Both the position numbers and the translations under genes were made by a program. The notes below the pieces were generated by a model that made no database searches, was not told the DNA's origin, and saw nothing but the letters and a program-made list of their open reading frames with translations. This document shows positions 34,571-44,441 of a stretch of 64,000 nt of DNA, piece after piece; within the stretch, counting starts at the first letter, position 1; every line of letters begins with the position of its first letter. The stretch is taken from NCBI GenBank assembly GCA_021791495.1, contig JAJYWN010000060.1, positions 141,591-205,590 of the forward strand. The letters run 5' to 3'. Source of the stretch: Bacillota bacterium (GTDB taxonomy: Bacteria > Bacillota > Sulfobacillia > JAJYWN01).

Positions 34571-35506
34571 TCAGTTCTTCTTGTATGCCGATCCCAAGGC
34601 CGCCGGCGCGGTGGTCTTCCCCGCCATCACCATGGCCGCCAAAGTCAAGACGTAGGGAAACATCAATAGGAACTCGTAGGGTACGGGCACCCCGGCGACC
34701 TGTAGCTTCAGCTGCAGGGCATCGGCCAGACCGAAGAGGAGCGAAGCACCCATGGCTCCCCAGGGATTGTACTTACCGAAGATGATGATGGCGAAAGCCA
34801 TGTATCCTCTCTCCGCGGTCATCATCTCAATGAACGTATTGGCGTGGGCCAAGGATAGATAAGCGCCGCCCAGACCACCCAGGGCCCCGCTTACGAGCAC
34901 GCAGGCGTACCGGGTGAGCGTCACGTTCAGGCCGACCGTGTCGGCGGCCTTGGCGTGTTCACCGACGGAGCGGATTTGCAGACCCAGCGCCGTGCGGTAC
35001 AGGATGAACCAGGTCAGCGGCACTAGAGCAAAGGCCAGATAGACCAGAACATTCTGGGTGAACAGGACCTGCCCGATGATTGGCAGACGGCTGAGCCCCG
35101 GAATGGCCACGGGCTGGAAGGGAGTCACCCGGACAAAGTTCCCGCTGGAACGAAACAGGACTCGGTTGAGGAACCCCGTCGCACCGGCCGCCAGCATGAC
35201 CAGACCCGTACCGGCCACTGCTTGGCTGGATCCGACCGAAACCGAGAAATAGGCGTACACGAAAGCCAGAAGCATGCCGGCTATCAAGGCCGCCGCGATG
35301 CCGATCCAGAGGTTCCCGCTGTAGAAGGCGCCGACGAAACCCGCGAAGGCTCCAGCCAACATGAAGCCTTCCAAGCCGATGCTGAGCACGCCAGAGCGGT
35401 CGGAGAACAGCCCTCCGATGGCCGCCAGGAGCACCGGCGCCGTAGTGCGCATGGTCGAGGAAAGCAGTGCGATGATCGAAGTTAGGCTAAATAGGGGTTC
35501 AAGCAT
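34571..35506 (-). CDS. ABC transporter permease (BMP/nucleoside-type, second permease)
   Basis: Starts at ATG 35506 (MLEPLFSLTSIIAL...), 2 nt after the upstream permease stop. Confidence 0.8.
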   Translation of the reverse strand: MLEPLFSLTSIIALLSSTMRTTAPVLLAAIGGLFSDRSGVLSIGLEGFMLAGAFAGFVGAFYSGNLWIGIAAALIAGMLLAFVYAYFSVSVGSSQAVAGTGLVMLAAGATGFLNRVLFRSSGNFVRVTPFQPVAIPGLSRLPIIGQVLFTQNVLVYLAFALVPLTWFILYRTALGLQIRSVGEHAKAADTVGLNVTLTRYACVLVSGALGGLGGAYLSLAHANTFIEMMTAERGYMAFAIIIFGKYNPWGAMGASLLFGLADALQLKLQVAGVPVPYEFLLMFPYVLTLAAMVMAGKTTAPAALGSAYKKN

Positions 35507-36623
35507 TGCTGCCGGCCGCCTCCTTTCCCGCGGCGGCGGCGTGCGGGCCTCTGTCCCGGGGCTTGCGCTCCGCCCAATAGCGGGCAAACCGGTCTTCGTA
35601 AACAGCGTAGCCGAGTACGAAGAAGATGACCAACGCCTGCATGACCGAAGCCAACATGGCCGGCACCTCGGCGGCCCGCTGCATGTTGTTGGCGCCCGTG
35701 GCCAGCGCCCCGAACAGAAGCGACGTCAGGATTACGGCGAGGGGGTTGCGCTTAGCAAGAAGCGCTACGGCGATGGCGCTGTAGCCATACCCCGGGGAGA
35801 AGTTGCTGTAGAGTTTCCATGTAACTCCCAATAGTTCCACGGCGCCCCCCATGCCGGCCAGACCGCCACTGATCGCCATGGCCAGGACCACATTACGTCG
35901 GACGTTGATCCCGGCGTACTCGGCGGCCAACGCGCCTGAGCCAACAGCGCGGATCTGGAAACCCAGGACCGTCTTGAAAATCAGGATGTAGGCGGCCACA
36001 GCCATCGCCAGACCGATGACCAGACCCAAGTGCAGCCTGGTGCCGGGCACTAACACGGGCAGCTTGGCGGCGTTTACGATCTCCGCCGTCTCCGGATAGA
36101 AGTGCCGCGGTTCTTGCAAGGGGCCCTTGATGATCCAGGAGACTATCTGAACCGCGATGGAGTTCATCATCACCGTCGTGACGATCTCCGAGGCCCCCAC
36201 CTTGGCTTTCAGGTATCCCGGTATCGCTCCGTACGCGCCGCCGGCCACGAAAGCCGCCGCCAAGAGCAGCGGGATCAGGATGAAGGAAGGAAGACCCGTG
36301 ATGGCCACGCCCAGCCAACTGACCGCCAAAGCCCCCATGTAGAACTGCCCTTCGGCACCGATGTTGAAGGAGCGGCTACGGAAGGCAATGGCCACTCCCA
36401 AGCCCGTAAATAGGTAAGGAGTGCTCTTCACCAGAGTCTCGGTGAAGTTGATGCCACTTCCAAAAGCCCCGTCGAGCAAGGCGGCGAAAGTTTGGACCGG
36501 GTTGAAACCGGCCGCGGCTACCACCACCGCGCCCGCCACGAAGGCGGATAGCACCGCCAATGAAGGGATGATGAGCTGCCGCGCGGCCGCAAGTACGCTA
36601 TCCAAATGCGGGCGAGCTTTCAC
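35499..36623 (-). CDS. ABC transporter permease (first permease)
   Basis: The GTG start overlaps the ATPase stop (GTGA). The protein is polytopic. Confidence 0.8.
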   Translation of the reverse strand: MKARPHLDSVLAAARQLIIPSLAVLSAFVAGAVVVAAAGFNPVQTFAALLDGAFGSGINFTETLVKSTPYLFTGLGVAIAFRSRSFNIGAEGQFYMGALAVSWLGVAITGLPSFILIPLLLAAAFVAGGAYGAIPGYLKAKVGASEIVTTVMMNSIAVQIVSWIIKGPLQEPRHFYPETAEIVNAAKLPVLVPGTRLHLGLVIGLAMAVAAYILIFKTVLGFQIRAVGSGALAAEYAGINVRRNVVLAMAISGGLAGMGGAVELLGVTWKLYSNFSPGYGYSAIAVALLAKRNPLAVILTSLLFGALATGANNMQRAAEVPAMLASVMQALVIFFVLGYAVYEDRFARYWAERKPRDRGPHAAAAGKEAAGSNA

Positions 36624-38170
36624 TGTTCGCCGCCCCCTCTCGGCCCAAGGGCGCTCAGCATGGTTTTGGCTCCGGTCATCAATTGCCCAAGGTCCTCCTC
36701 GCTGACGTCTGGCCATACCAGTCCGGTGACAGCCCCACGGTGCATGACCGCGATACGATCGCTGAGACCTTTTATCTCTTCCAGTTCGGATGACACCAGG
36801 AGGATGGCTTTCCCTTTCGCGCGTTCCTCCAGAAGCCTTCGGTGCACGTATTCCGTGGCGCCCACGTCCAGGCCGCGGGTGGGTTTCATGACCACCAGCA
36901 CCTTGGGCTCCCTGGATATCTCGCGCGCCAGGACCACCTTCTGTTGGTTGCCTCCGGACAGGGACGATGCCGGCGCGGAGGCCCCGCCGCCCGACCGAAT
37001 GTCGAAAGTCTGGATCATGCCGGCCGCGAACCGGTTCACCTGCGCCTCATCGATGAAGAAACCTCGACGGAAGGGAGCGGCGCGGTGTGATTCGAGGATA
37101 AGGTTCTCGGCGATGGAGAAGTCCATAATGAGGCCCCGGGTCTGCCGGTCTTCCGGTACCAGCGCCAGACCGGCGTCGATGGCCCGCGCCGGGCCCTTTC
37201 CCGTGATGTCGCGGCCGTCCAGGATGACCCGTCCGGAAGCCACAGGGGCGGTTCCCAGGATGGCCTCCACCAGTTCGTTCTGGCCGTTGCCGTCCACCCC
37301 CGCGATGCCCAGGACTTCTCCCCCCCAGACATCAAGGGATATGCCTGAACAGGCCTCTTTCCCTTCACGCCTGACTGTCAGCCCCTGTAACGAGAGAGTT
37401 GGCCCCGTGTAGCCGCCGGTGCGCGGGCTCGATGGAGCAGCCAGGTCCCGCCCGATCATCATTTTCGCCAGCTCTGCCGGGGAAGTGGCCGACGTCTCCA
37501 CCGTGCCCTGGACCTTGCCCAGCCGCAATACCGTGACGCGCTGACTTATCTCCATGACTTCGTTCAGCTTGTGGCTGATGAAGATGACCGACTTGCCTTC
37601 TCCTTGAAGGTGACGGATCACCCGGAAGAGGTCTCCGGTTTCCTGCGGCGTGAGCACGGCCGTGGGTTCGTCCAGAATTAGGATCTGAGCCCCGCGATAG
37701 AGGCTCTTTAGTATCTCTACCCGCTGCTGAAGGCCTACCGGCAGATCCCCGACCCGCGCGTCCGGATCAAGGTCGAAGTTATAGCGGTGCGAGAACTCCC
37801 GAATGGACGAGCGGAGCCGGGTCCGGGAAATGACCGCGCCGGTCTTCTTGCGCATACCGAGGACCACATTCTCCGCGACCGAGAAAGCAGGTATCAGCAT
37901 GAAGTGCTGATGGACCATGCCTACGCCCAAGTCGATAGCCTGGCGGGGCGACCGGAACTCGACCGGTCGCCCCCCCACCAGGATCTGTCCCTCATCCGGC
38001 CGCAGGAGGCCATAGAGGATGTTCATTAATGTCGTTTTTCCCGCGCCGTTTTCACCGAGTAGCGACAGGACCTCGCCCGGCTTGACTGTCAGGTCGATCT
38101 GGTCATTGGCGATCAGGGCGCCGAACCGCTTGGTGATGCCGCGGGTTTCAAGGGCGTACAGGGGTACCAA
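36620..38170 (-). CDS. ABC transporter ATP-binding protein with two fused ATPase domains (sugar/nucleoside type)
   Basis: Two Walker A/signature/Walker B sets are present (GENGAGKTT..LSGGNQQKV..LILDEP, and a second set). The start is TTG, with low confidence. Confidence 0.85.
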   Translation of the reverse strand: MVPLYALETRGITKRFGALIANDQIDLTVKPGEVLSLLGENGAGKTTLMNILYGLLRPDEGQILVGGRPVEFRSPRQAIDLGVGMVHQHFMLIPAFSVAENVVLGMRKKTGAVISRTRLRSSIREFSHRYNFDLDPDARVGDLPVGLQQRVEILKSLYRGAQILILDEPTAVLTPQETGDLFRVIRHLQGEGKSVIFISHKLNEVMEISQRVTVLRLGKVQGTVETSATSPAELAKMMIGRDLAAPSSPRTGGYTGPTLSLQGLTVRREGKEACSGISLDVWGGEVLGIAGVDGNGQNELVEAILGTAPVASGRVILDGRDITGKGPARAIDAGLALVPEDRQTRGLIMDFSIAENLILESHRAAPFRRGFFIDEAQVNRFAAGMIQTFDIRSGGGASAPASSLSGGNQQKVVLAREISREPKVLVVMKPTRGLDVGATEYVHRRLLEERAKGKAILLVSSELEEIKGLSDRIAVMHRGAVTGLVWPDVSEEDLGQLMTGAKTMLSALGPRGGGEQ

Positions 38171-38188
38171 CCTCCCGCGGAGCCGGCC

Positions 38189-39187
38189 TTAGTACGCTCC
38201 GATATTGATCTTGATCTTGCCGGCCTGGATATCCTTCAGGGCTTTGTCGTAGGCGTCCTTGGCTTCTTGGGGAATGGTCATCTTGTCGTTCCACACGAAT
38301 TTGACCACGTTATCTTTCGTCCCGACCCTGATCTCGCCCGGCTTCCATGTGCCGTCCTTGACCTGCTTGACGACTACACTGAAGGCGTTGGAGAAGTCAA
38401 TGTACCCGTCGGCGATAACCACATCGGGAGCATCCTTCGACCACTGTGAGTAGGCGCCGAAGATCTTCACGCCCTTCTTGGCGTTCTCCCGGACGGCCTG
38501 CAGAGCGCCCTGGCCGGCGGCGTTGGCGCTGACCCAGAAGATGTCGGCCCCGGAGTTGATCATGGTGATGGTGGCTTCCTTGGCCTTACCCACATCATCC
38601 TGAGTCCCGATGTAGGTCCGCAGTACCTTGACGCTGGGGTTGGTGTCTTTCACGCCCTGTTCGAAGCTGATCAGGGTCTTGGAGATGGCCGGCATTTCCT
38701 GGCTACCGATGGTCCCCACGACTCCGGTCTTGGTCATCTTCGCGGCGACCACGCCCATGAGATATGTCGCCTGCTCGAACTCGGTGTAGATGGGCGAGAC
38801 GTTGTCCATCACGGTCGTGCCGCCGCTGGTGATGAAGATGGTCTTCTTGAAGTCGGGCGCCACTCGCTTCGCGGCATCCTGGTAGTCATAGCTGTGGCCG
38901 AAAACAATGCGATAGCCCTTCTGGGCATAGTCGCGGAAGGCTTCCACGACATCGGAGGGCGACTTGATCTGCACATAGCTAACTTCCGCGCCGAAGTCGG
39001 TCTCGACCTTTTTGAGACCTTTGTATGCGGATTCGCTCCAACCGCCGTCGGTGATGGAGCCGGGCACCAGCAGGGCGATCTTCAGCTTGCCGGAGTTTCC
39101 CGTTTTCGCTCCGCAACCGGCGGTGGCGGTCACGATCACCAAAGTTAAGATAGCAATCCAGGTGAGGACGGGCCATTTCCTTCTCAC
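38189..39187 (-). CDS. BMP family (PnrA-like) ABC transporter substrate-binding lipoprotein
   Basis: The GTG start has an AAGGGGG RBS. The signal peptide plus lipobox reads LTLVIVTATAGCG. The body matches BMP-family substrate-binding proteins. Confidence 0.85.
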   Translation of the reverse strand: MRRKWPVLTWIAILTLVIVTATAGCGAKTGNSGKLKIALLVPGSITDGGWSESAYKGLKKVETDFGAEVSYVQIKSPSDVVEAFRDYAQKGYRIVFGHSYDYQDAAKRVAPDFKKTIFITSGGTTVMDNVSPIYTEFEQATYLMGVVAAKMTKTGVVGTIGSQEMPAISKTLISFEQGVKDTNPSVKVLRTYIGTQDDVGKAKEATITMINSGADIFWVSANAAGQGALQAVRENAKKGVKIFGAYSQWSKDAPDVVIADGYIDFSNAFSVVVKQVKDGTWKPGEIRVGTKDNVVKFVWNDKMTIPQEAKDAYDKALKDIQAGKIKINIGAY

Positions 39188-39302
39188 GATAGTACCCCCT
39201 TGTGAACTGTTTTGCGCTGGGAGCACCCCCCGGAAGGGGCATTCCCCGGTGTTGTCAACGGTTGATGCCTTGGGCGATAGGGACACTGGTTCTCTGGAAG
39301 GA

Positions 39303-40649
39303 TCAGCGGGTCAGCGTTTCTGCCGCGGAGGTGAGCTCCCGCAGCAGCGTCTCCTCGTCGATCCCGTTGACCACTCCTCCTTCCATGACCACACGACCGG
39401 CAATCACCGTTGTGTCGATGTTCCCTTCGGTAGACGACAGCACCAGCGATGAGACTGGATCCAACACTGGTGCCGACTTCGGCTTTAGAGGGTCATACAC
39501 GAAAAGGTCGGCCGCTTTGCCCACTTCCAAAGAACCGGTCACATCCCCAATTCCCAGCACGTCGGCGCCGCACTTGGTCGCCATTCTCAGAACGTCCACG
39601 GATGCCAGTACACTGGGGTCTTCCGCCGCCACCTTCTGAAGCAGAGCTGTCAACTTCATGGCCTCGATCATGTCTTGACCGTCGTTGGAGCCGGCTCCGT
39701 CGGTGGCCAGACCCACTCTCACCCCATGCCGCCATAGCTTGGCGATCGGTGCGATCCCCGAACCTAGTAGCATGTTACTGGCTGGGTTGTGACTGACGCC
39801 GACGTCAAACCGCCGGAGGAGATCCACGTCTTCATCCCGCAGATGCACCGCGTGCACCGCGAGGAAGTGTGCGTCCAGAAAGCCCAGGTCGGCCAGGAAA
39901 GGCACCGCCCGCCGGCCGAAACGTGCCAGGGTGGTCTCGTCGTCCCGCGGCGTTTCGCAAAGGTGCATCGTTACCGGCATGCCGTGGCTCCTCGCGAACT
40001 CCGCTGTCAGCCGCAACCCTTCATCAGTCAGGTTCCAGATGGCTGTGGGCGCCAGCCAGACGCGGAGGAGAGGGTTACCGGCGTGGTCGCGGGCCAGCCT
40101 CTCCACATCAAGGAGCACCTTGTCGATGGGTTCCACCAGACGGCGCTGGGCCTCGTCCCCATAGGCGCGGTCGGAGAATCCCCGCGCCAGGATCCCACGG
40201 AACCCGGTGTCGGAGAAGGCCCGGATGACGGCATCAGAGAGCCCCGGGCTGGTCTGAGCGTACATATAGTCGAGCACGGTGGTGACGCCGGAATGCATGG
40301 CCTCGACGCACCCTGCCATGGCGGCCAGGTAGCAAAGCTCTTCGTTCAGACGGGGAACCAGCGGGCGAACATGCTCCTCCAGCCAACCGACCAGGGACTT
40401 GTCCTTACCGAGCCCCTTTACGTAGACTTGGAACATGTGGGCATGCGTGTTTATCAGGCCGGGAAAGACGTACTTGCCAGATGCGTCAATCCGCCGGGAT
40501 GGGTTGTAGCGACCGTGTAACCGGTCGTCAGGTCCGATCGCCAGGATGATGCCGCGGCGCACGGCAATGCTTCCCGACCGGATCTGTGTGCCCAGGTCGT
40601 CCATGGTGATGATGTAGCCGTGTTCGATGAGAAGGTCTACTTCTTCCAT
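39303..40649 (-). CDS. Amidohydrolase-superfamily nucleobase/nucleoside deaminase (MtaD/SsnA/chlorohydrolase-like)
   Basis: PGLINTHAHMFQ is the metal-binding HxH block. The overall architecture is a TIM-barrel amidohydrolase. Confidence 0.85.
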   Translation of the reverse strand: MEEVDLLIEHGYIITMDDLGTQIRSGSIAVRRGIILAIGPDDRLHGRYNPSRRIDASGKYVFPGLINTHAHMFQVYVKGLGKDKSLVGWLEEHVRPLVPRLNEELCYLAAMAGCVEAMHSGVTTVLDYMYAQTSPGLSDAVIRAFSDTGFRGILARGFSDRAYGDEAQRRLVEPIDKVLLDVERLARDHAGNPLLRVWLAPTAIWNLTDEGLRLTAEFARSHGMPVTMHLCETPRDDETTLARFGRRAVPFLADLGFLDAHFLAVHAVHLRDEDVDLLRRFDVGVSHNPASNMLLGSGIAPIAKLWRHGVRVGLATDGAGSNDGQDMIEAMKLTALLQKVAAEDPSVLASVDVLRMATKCGADVLGIGDVTGSLEVGKAADLFVYDPLKPKSAPVLDPVSSLVLSSTEGNIDTTVIAGRVVMEGGVVNGIDEETLLRELTSAAETLTR

Positions 40650-41536
40650 CCGTTGGCCCTGCTCCCGAAATAGGTGGCCAGCAGGCTCTCGGTCTCTGTC
40701 ACGCGGTCCAGGGACCGGTCTTTCACCTTCGTGGTCACCTGGTACAGCAGGGCGTCGATCAAGGCCATGCAGGCGGCATAGGAGATGAACTCACCGGTGG
40801 TGCGAACGACGAATGTGCGATCGGCGGTCTGGGAAATGGGCGCGACGGCGCTGTCAGTGATGGCGATGACCTGACAACCCCGCTCCCTGGCAAAGCGCAT
40901 CACATCCAGAGTGAAGTTCCGGCTCATGAGGAAACTGGCTCCGATAATCAGGTCCTGCGGTCCCCAGAAACGCAGGTAGTCGAAGACGTCTCCGATGTCG
41001 GGGATGATCAGCCTGGCGTTACCCAGGATCTCGTTCAGAAAGGTGTACAGGACTAAGCCCGGCGCCACCGCACTGCGCAATCCCACGATGCCAATCTTCC
41101 CGGCCTTGACGATCATCTCCGCCGCCTGGTCGAGGTCAGCGCAGGTGACACCGGCCATCGAAGCCCGAATGTTCTCGATGTCCCGTTCAAAAACCAGCTG
41201 GCAACCGTCCACAGTCTTCGGGGCCTCGGACAGCGACTGACGAAGGCGTTCGGCAACCACAAGGCGGTTCCGGAGAATGTGTTGGCTGGCTTCCTGAAGT
41301 TCACGAAACCCCGCAAAGCCAATGTCGGTACAGAAACGAGTCACGACGGACTCGCTTATGCCCACATCCTTCGCGATCATGGCCGCGGAGTAGAAGGCAG
41401 CTTCCTCGGTGTTCCGAAGAATCCACTCCGCAATCCTGCGCTTGCCGGGACTGAGACCGGGGTAGGCCTCGCGGATCCGGGCATCAAGGTCAGGTTTCTG
41501 GACGCCATTCGAGGACGGGTGCCGAGGAGATTCCAT
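40637..41536 (-). CDS. MurR/RpiR family transcriptional regulator (HTH plus SIS domain)
   Basis: RRIAEWILRNTEEAAFYSAAMIAKDVGISESVVTRFC is followed by an SIS fold. Confidence 0.85.
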   Translation of the reverse strand: MESPRHPSSNGVQKPDLDARIREAYPGLSPGKRRIAEWILRNTEEAAFYSAAMIAKDVGISESVVTRFCTDIGFAGFRELQEASQHILRNRLVVAERLRQSLSEAPKTVDGCQLVFERDIENIRASMAGVTCADLDQAAEMIVKAGKIGIVGLRSAVAPGLVLYTFLNEILGNARLIIPDIGDVFDYLRFWGPQDLIIGASFLMSRNFTLDVMRFARERGCQVIAITDSAVAPISQTADRTFVVRTTGEFISYAACMALIDALLYQVTTKVKDRSLDRVTETESLLATYFGSRANGWKK

Positions 41537-41762
41537 CAGGAGACACCGCCTTCGCCAAGACCAATGAATTAGCAGTCAACTGGTCGGCAAGAACGCTTCA
41601 ACGGAAAGTAGGCTCTTCCTGCAAGAAAACTTGTTGCCAAATAAAGAAATGGCAAGAAACCAACTTTGGAAACTACTCCCGGCGGTTTCTTACTGGAGGA
41701 TCGCCGCCGCCGAGCTAACGGGCCCCTCTTGCGCGGGCCCCTCCTGCCCTCTTGCGCCGCCG

Positions 41763-41791
41763 TTGACAGCCCGCGAGTCAGGTGTTAGCAT
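41763..41791 (+). promoter_or_regulatory. Putative sigma-70 promoter (TTGACA, 17 bp, TAGCAT) driving the SAM riboswitch
   Basis: Read directly, about 20 nt upstream of the riboswitch P1. Confidence 0.35.
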
Positions 41792-41810
41792 TGTGGCAAC
41801 TTCATAGCAC

Positions 41811-41930
41811 CTCTTTCATCCAGAGGCGGCGGAGGGACAGGCCCGATGATGCCACGGCAACCACTCCCACATTCGGAGGACGGTGCCAATTCCTGCGGAT
41901 CGGCGACCACGGCGGTCCCAAAGATGAGAG
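41811..41930 (+). ncRNA. SAM-I riboswitch (S-box)
   Basis: CUCUUUCAUCcAGAGGCGGcGGAGGGAcaGGCCCGAUGAuGCCacGGCAACC...GGUGCCAAUUCCUGCgG...AAAGAUGAGAG matches the S-box consensus blocks. P1 is CUCUUUCAUC/GAUGAGAG. Confidence 0.9.
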
Positions 41931-41953
41931 TGAAGGTGTGTCGCGCCTGTCAG

Positions 41954-41986
41954 CGGCCCTTCATTCGAAGGGCCGTTTCCTTTTCG
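41954..41986 (+). terminator. Riboswitch expression-platform terminator
   Basis: CGGCCCUUC auuc GAAGGGCCG followed by UUUCCUUUUCG. Confidence 0.65.
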
Positions 41987-42044
41987 CCCGTCCGGTTCGG
42001 CGGAGGGCGGCCGGACAGAAACACACGTTTCGGGGGGATTTGCT

Positions 42045-43214
42045 TTGAGCGTCAAGACCTTCGAGGAGATTAACGAGAAGATCCGCTCCAAGAAGGCGGT
42101 GGTCGTCACCGCCGAAGAGATCATCGGCATCGTCGAGGAGAAAGGCGCCGCCGAAGCGGCCAAGCAGGTAGACGTGGTCACGACGGCCACCTTCGGCCCC
42201 ATGTGCTCTTCGGGTGCCTTCCTGAACTTCGGCCACGCCGACCCGCCCATCCGCATGAACTACATCCGCCTGAACGATGTGCCGGCCTCTGGCGGTCTGG
42301 CGGCGGTGGACACCTACATCGGCGCCACGGAGGCTTCCGAGACCCGTGGCATGGAATACGGCGGAGCCCACGTCATCGAAGACCTCATCGCCGGCAAGAA
42401 GGTACACCTGCGCGCTACCTCCTACGGCACCGACTGCTACCCGCGGACGGAGATCGACACCTTCATCACCAAGGATTCCATCAACGAAGCCTACCTCTAC
42501 AACCCGAGGAACGCTTACCAGAACTACGCCGCCGCCACCAACGGTTCGGACCGGACCATCTACACGTACATGGGCGTGCTCCTGCCCCGCTTCCGGAACG
42601 TGACCTACAGCACGGCCGGAGAGCTTTCGCCGCTCCTGAACGATCCGTACCTGCGCACCATCGGCATTGGAACCCGCATCTTCCTGGGCGGCGCCCAAGG
42701 CTACGTGACCTGGAACGGCACGCAGCATAACCCGTCGCGCCTGCGCTCCGAAAACGGCGTGCCCATGCAGAACGCCGCCACCCTGGCGGTGGCGGGCGAC
42801 CTGAAGCAGATGAGCACCCGGTACATCCGCGCCGCCACCTTCGAGAAGTACGGCGTCTCCATGTTCGTCGGCATCGGCATTCCGATCCCCATCCTTGATG
42901 AGGAGATGCTCCGCTACGTTTCGGTCCGGAACCGCGACATCTATACCTTCATCTACGACTACAGCATCCCGTCGCGTTCGCGCCCGCCCCTGACCAAGGT
43001 CAGCTACGAGGAGCTTCAGAGCGGCACGGTGCGGCTGAACGACCGCGATGTGCCCACGGCGCCGCTATCCAGCCTGAGGGTGGCACGGGAGATCGCGGGG
43101 GTGTTGAAGGAATGGATCGCGGCCGGCCAGTTTCTGCTGACCCAGCCGGTGGCCCCGCTGCCGTCGACCGCCAGTCCGAAGGGGCTGGACGTCGTGGGAG
43201 GTGACGAGAGATGA
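42045..43214 (+). CDS. DUF39 (COG1900) homocysteine-biosynthesis protein (sulfide-dependent route from aspartate semialdehyde)
   Basis: Full-length DUF39 architecture. The TTG start has a GGGGGGA RBS. Confidence 0.85.
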   Translation: MSVKTFEEINEKIRSKKAVVVTAEEIIGIVEEKGAAEAAKQVDVVTTATFGPMCSSGAFLNFGHADPPIRMNYIRLNDVPASGGLAAVDTYIGATEASETRGMEYGGAHVIEDLIAGKKVHLRATSYGTDCYPRTEIDTFITKDSINEAYLYNPRNAYQNYAAATNGSDRTIYTYMGVLLPRFRNVTYSTAGELSPLLNDPYLRTIGIGTRIFLGGAQGYVTWNGTQHNPSRLRSENGVPMQNAATLAVAGDLKQMSTRYIRAATFEKYGVSMFVGIGIPIPILDEEMLRYVSVRNRDIYTFIYDYSIPSRSRPPLTKVSYEELQSGTVRLNDRDVPTAPLSSLRVAREIAGVLKEWIAAGQFLLTQPVAPLPSTASPKGLDVVGGDER

Positions 43215-43666
43215 AGCCCGAGCTGAAATCAGCGACTAAGCGCATCAAGGTCTTCCTTCGTTTTCCGCCGGGCCGCGCCGGCCGCCCTGTCACCTACCAC
43301 CTGGTCAAGGATTTCGACCTGAAGATCAACATCCTGCGGGCCGAGGTCTCGGTGAACAAGGGCGAGCTGGTGCTGGACATCGAAGGCCGCTCGGAGGACA
43401 TCGAGGGCGCCGCTCGTTTCTGCGGCGAGGAGGGCGTGGAGTTCCACACCATCGATAACGCCGTGGAGTGGAACCGCGACCGGTGCGTGCATTGCGGCGC
43501 CTGCACGGCGGTCTGCCCATCGGGGGCTCTGTCCCTGGACAGACGTGATTGGAGTCTGGTTTTCAGCGCCGCCGACTGCTACGCCTGCAACGTTTGCCTG
43601 AAGGCGTGCCCGGTGCGGGCCTTGTCCCCCGGTTTCGACGGCGACCCCATCGCGGCCACAGACTGA
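43211..43666 (+). CDS. NIL domain plus 2x[4Fe-4S] ferredoxin protein, partner of DUF39
   Basis: CVHCGACTAVCPSG and CYACNVCLKACP are present. It overlaps the DUF39 gene by 4 nt. Confidence 0.8.
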   Translation: MKPELKSATKRIKVFLRFPPGRAGRPVTYHLVKDFDLKINILRAEVSVNKGELVLDIEGRSEDIEGAARFCGEEGVEFHTIDNAVEWNRDRCVHCGACTAVCPSGALSLDRRDWSLVFSAADCYACNVCLKACPVRALSPGFDGDPIAATD

Positions 43667-43709
43667 GGGCTGGCGGCCACCCGCCGACCATGGGCAAAGC
43701 AGGGGCTGA

Positions 43710-44441
43710 GTGACGGAATTGTACGAGCCACGGACATACCGAGAGCTATTCAAGGGCGAGAATCTCGTCTTCTTCAACTGCACCCTAAAAGAGACCGACC
43801 TCCAGATCGGCGCCCACCGTTCCCTGGCTTTCGAAGCCATGGAGCAGGTGTGCGAACTGCGCCTGCAGCTGGACGACTACATCCGCTCCTATCCGGAATT
43901 CCTGACCAGCCTGGTGCCGGTCCCCGCCACACCGGGTGCGCCGGCCATCGTCCGGCGCATGTGCTGGGCGGGGTGGCAGGCGCATGTGGGCCCCATGGCG
44001 GCGGTGGCGGGTGCGGTGGGTGAGTTTGTTGGACGCAAGCTCCTTGAGTTCTCCCCCGAGGTCATCGTGGAAAACGGCGGCGACATTTTCCTGAAGTCCG
44101 ATGTCCCGCGGCGGATCGGGATCTATGCCGGTCAGTCGCCCTTAAGCCTGAAAGTGGCCCTGGAGATCGCCCCGGAAGACACGCCGCTGGGCGTGTGCAC
44201 CTCTGCCGCGACCGTCGGCCCTTCGCTCAGCTTCGGCCGGACCGACGCCACGGTTATCGTAGCCAAGGACACCGCCCTGGCCGACGCCGCCGCCACGGCC
44301 GTGGGCAACCGGGTCAAGGTCCCGGCCGACTTGGAGGCGGGGCTTCACCTAGCGTCCCAGATTCCGGGCGTCTTGGGGGCGGTCATTGTCATCGGCGACA
44401 AGATGGGTGCCTGGGGTCAGGTCAAGCTCGCAAGGCTCTAA
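43710..44441 (+). CDS. UPF0280/ApbE-like family protein
   Basis: The 243-aa protein from a GTG start has an ApbE-like C-terminal region. It is co-oriented with the two upstream genes. Confidence 0.55.
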   Translation: MTELYEPRTYRELFKGENLVFFNCTLKETDLQIGAHRSLAFEAMEQVCELRLQLDDYIRSYPEFLTSLVPVPATPGAPAIVRRMCWAGWQAHVGPMAAVAGAVGEFVGRKLLEFSPEVIVENGGDIFLKSDVPRRIGIYAGQSPLSLKVALEIAPEDTPLGVCTSAATVGPSLSFGRTDATVIVAKDTALADAAATAVGNRVKVPADLEAGLHLASQIPGVLGAVIVIGDKMGAWGQVKLARL

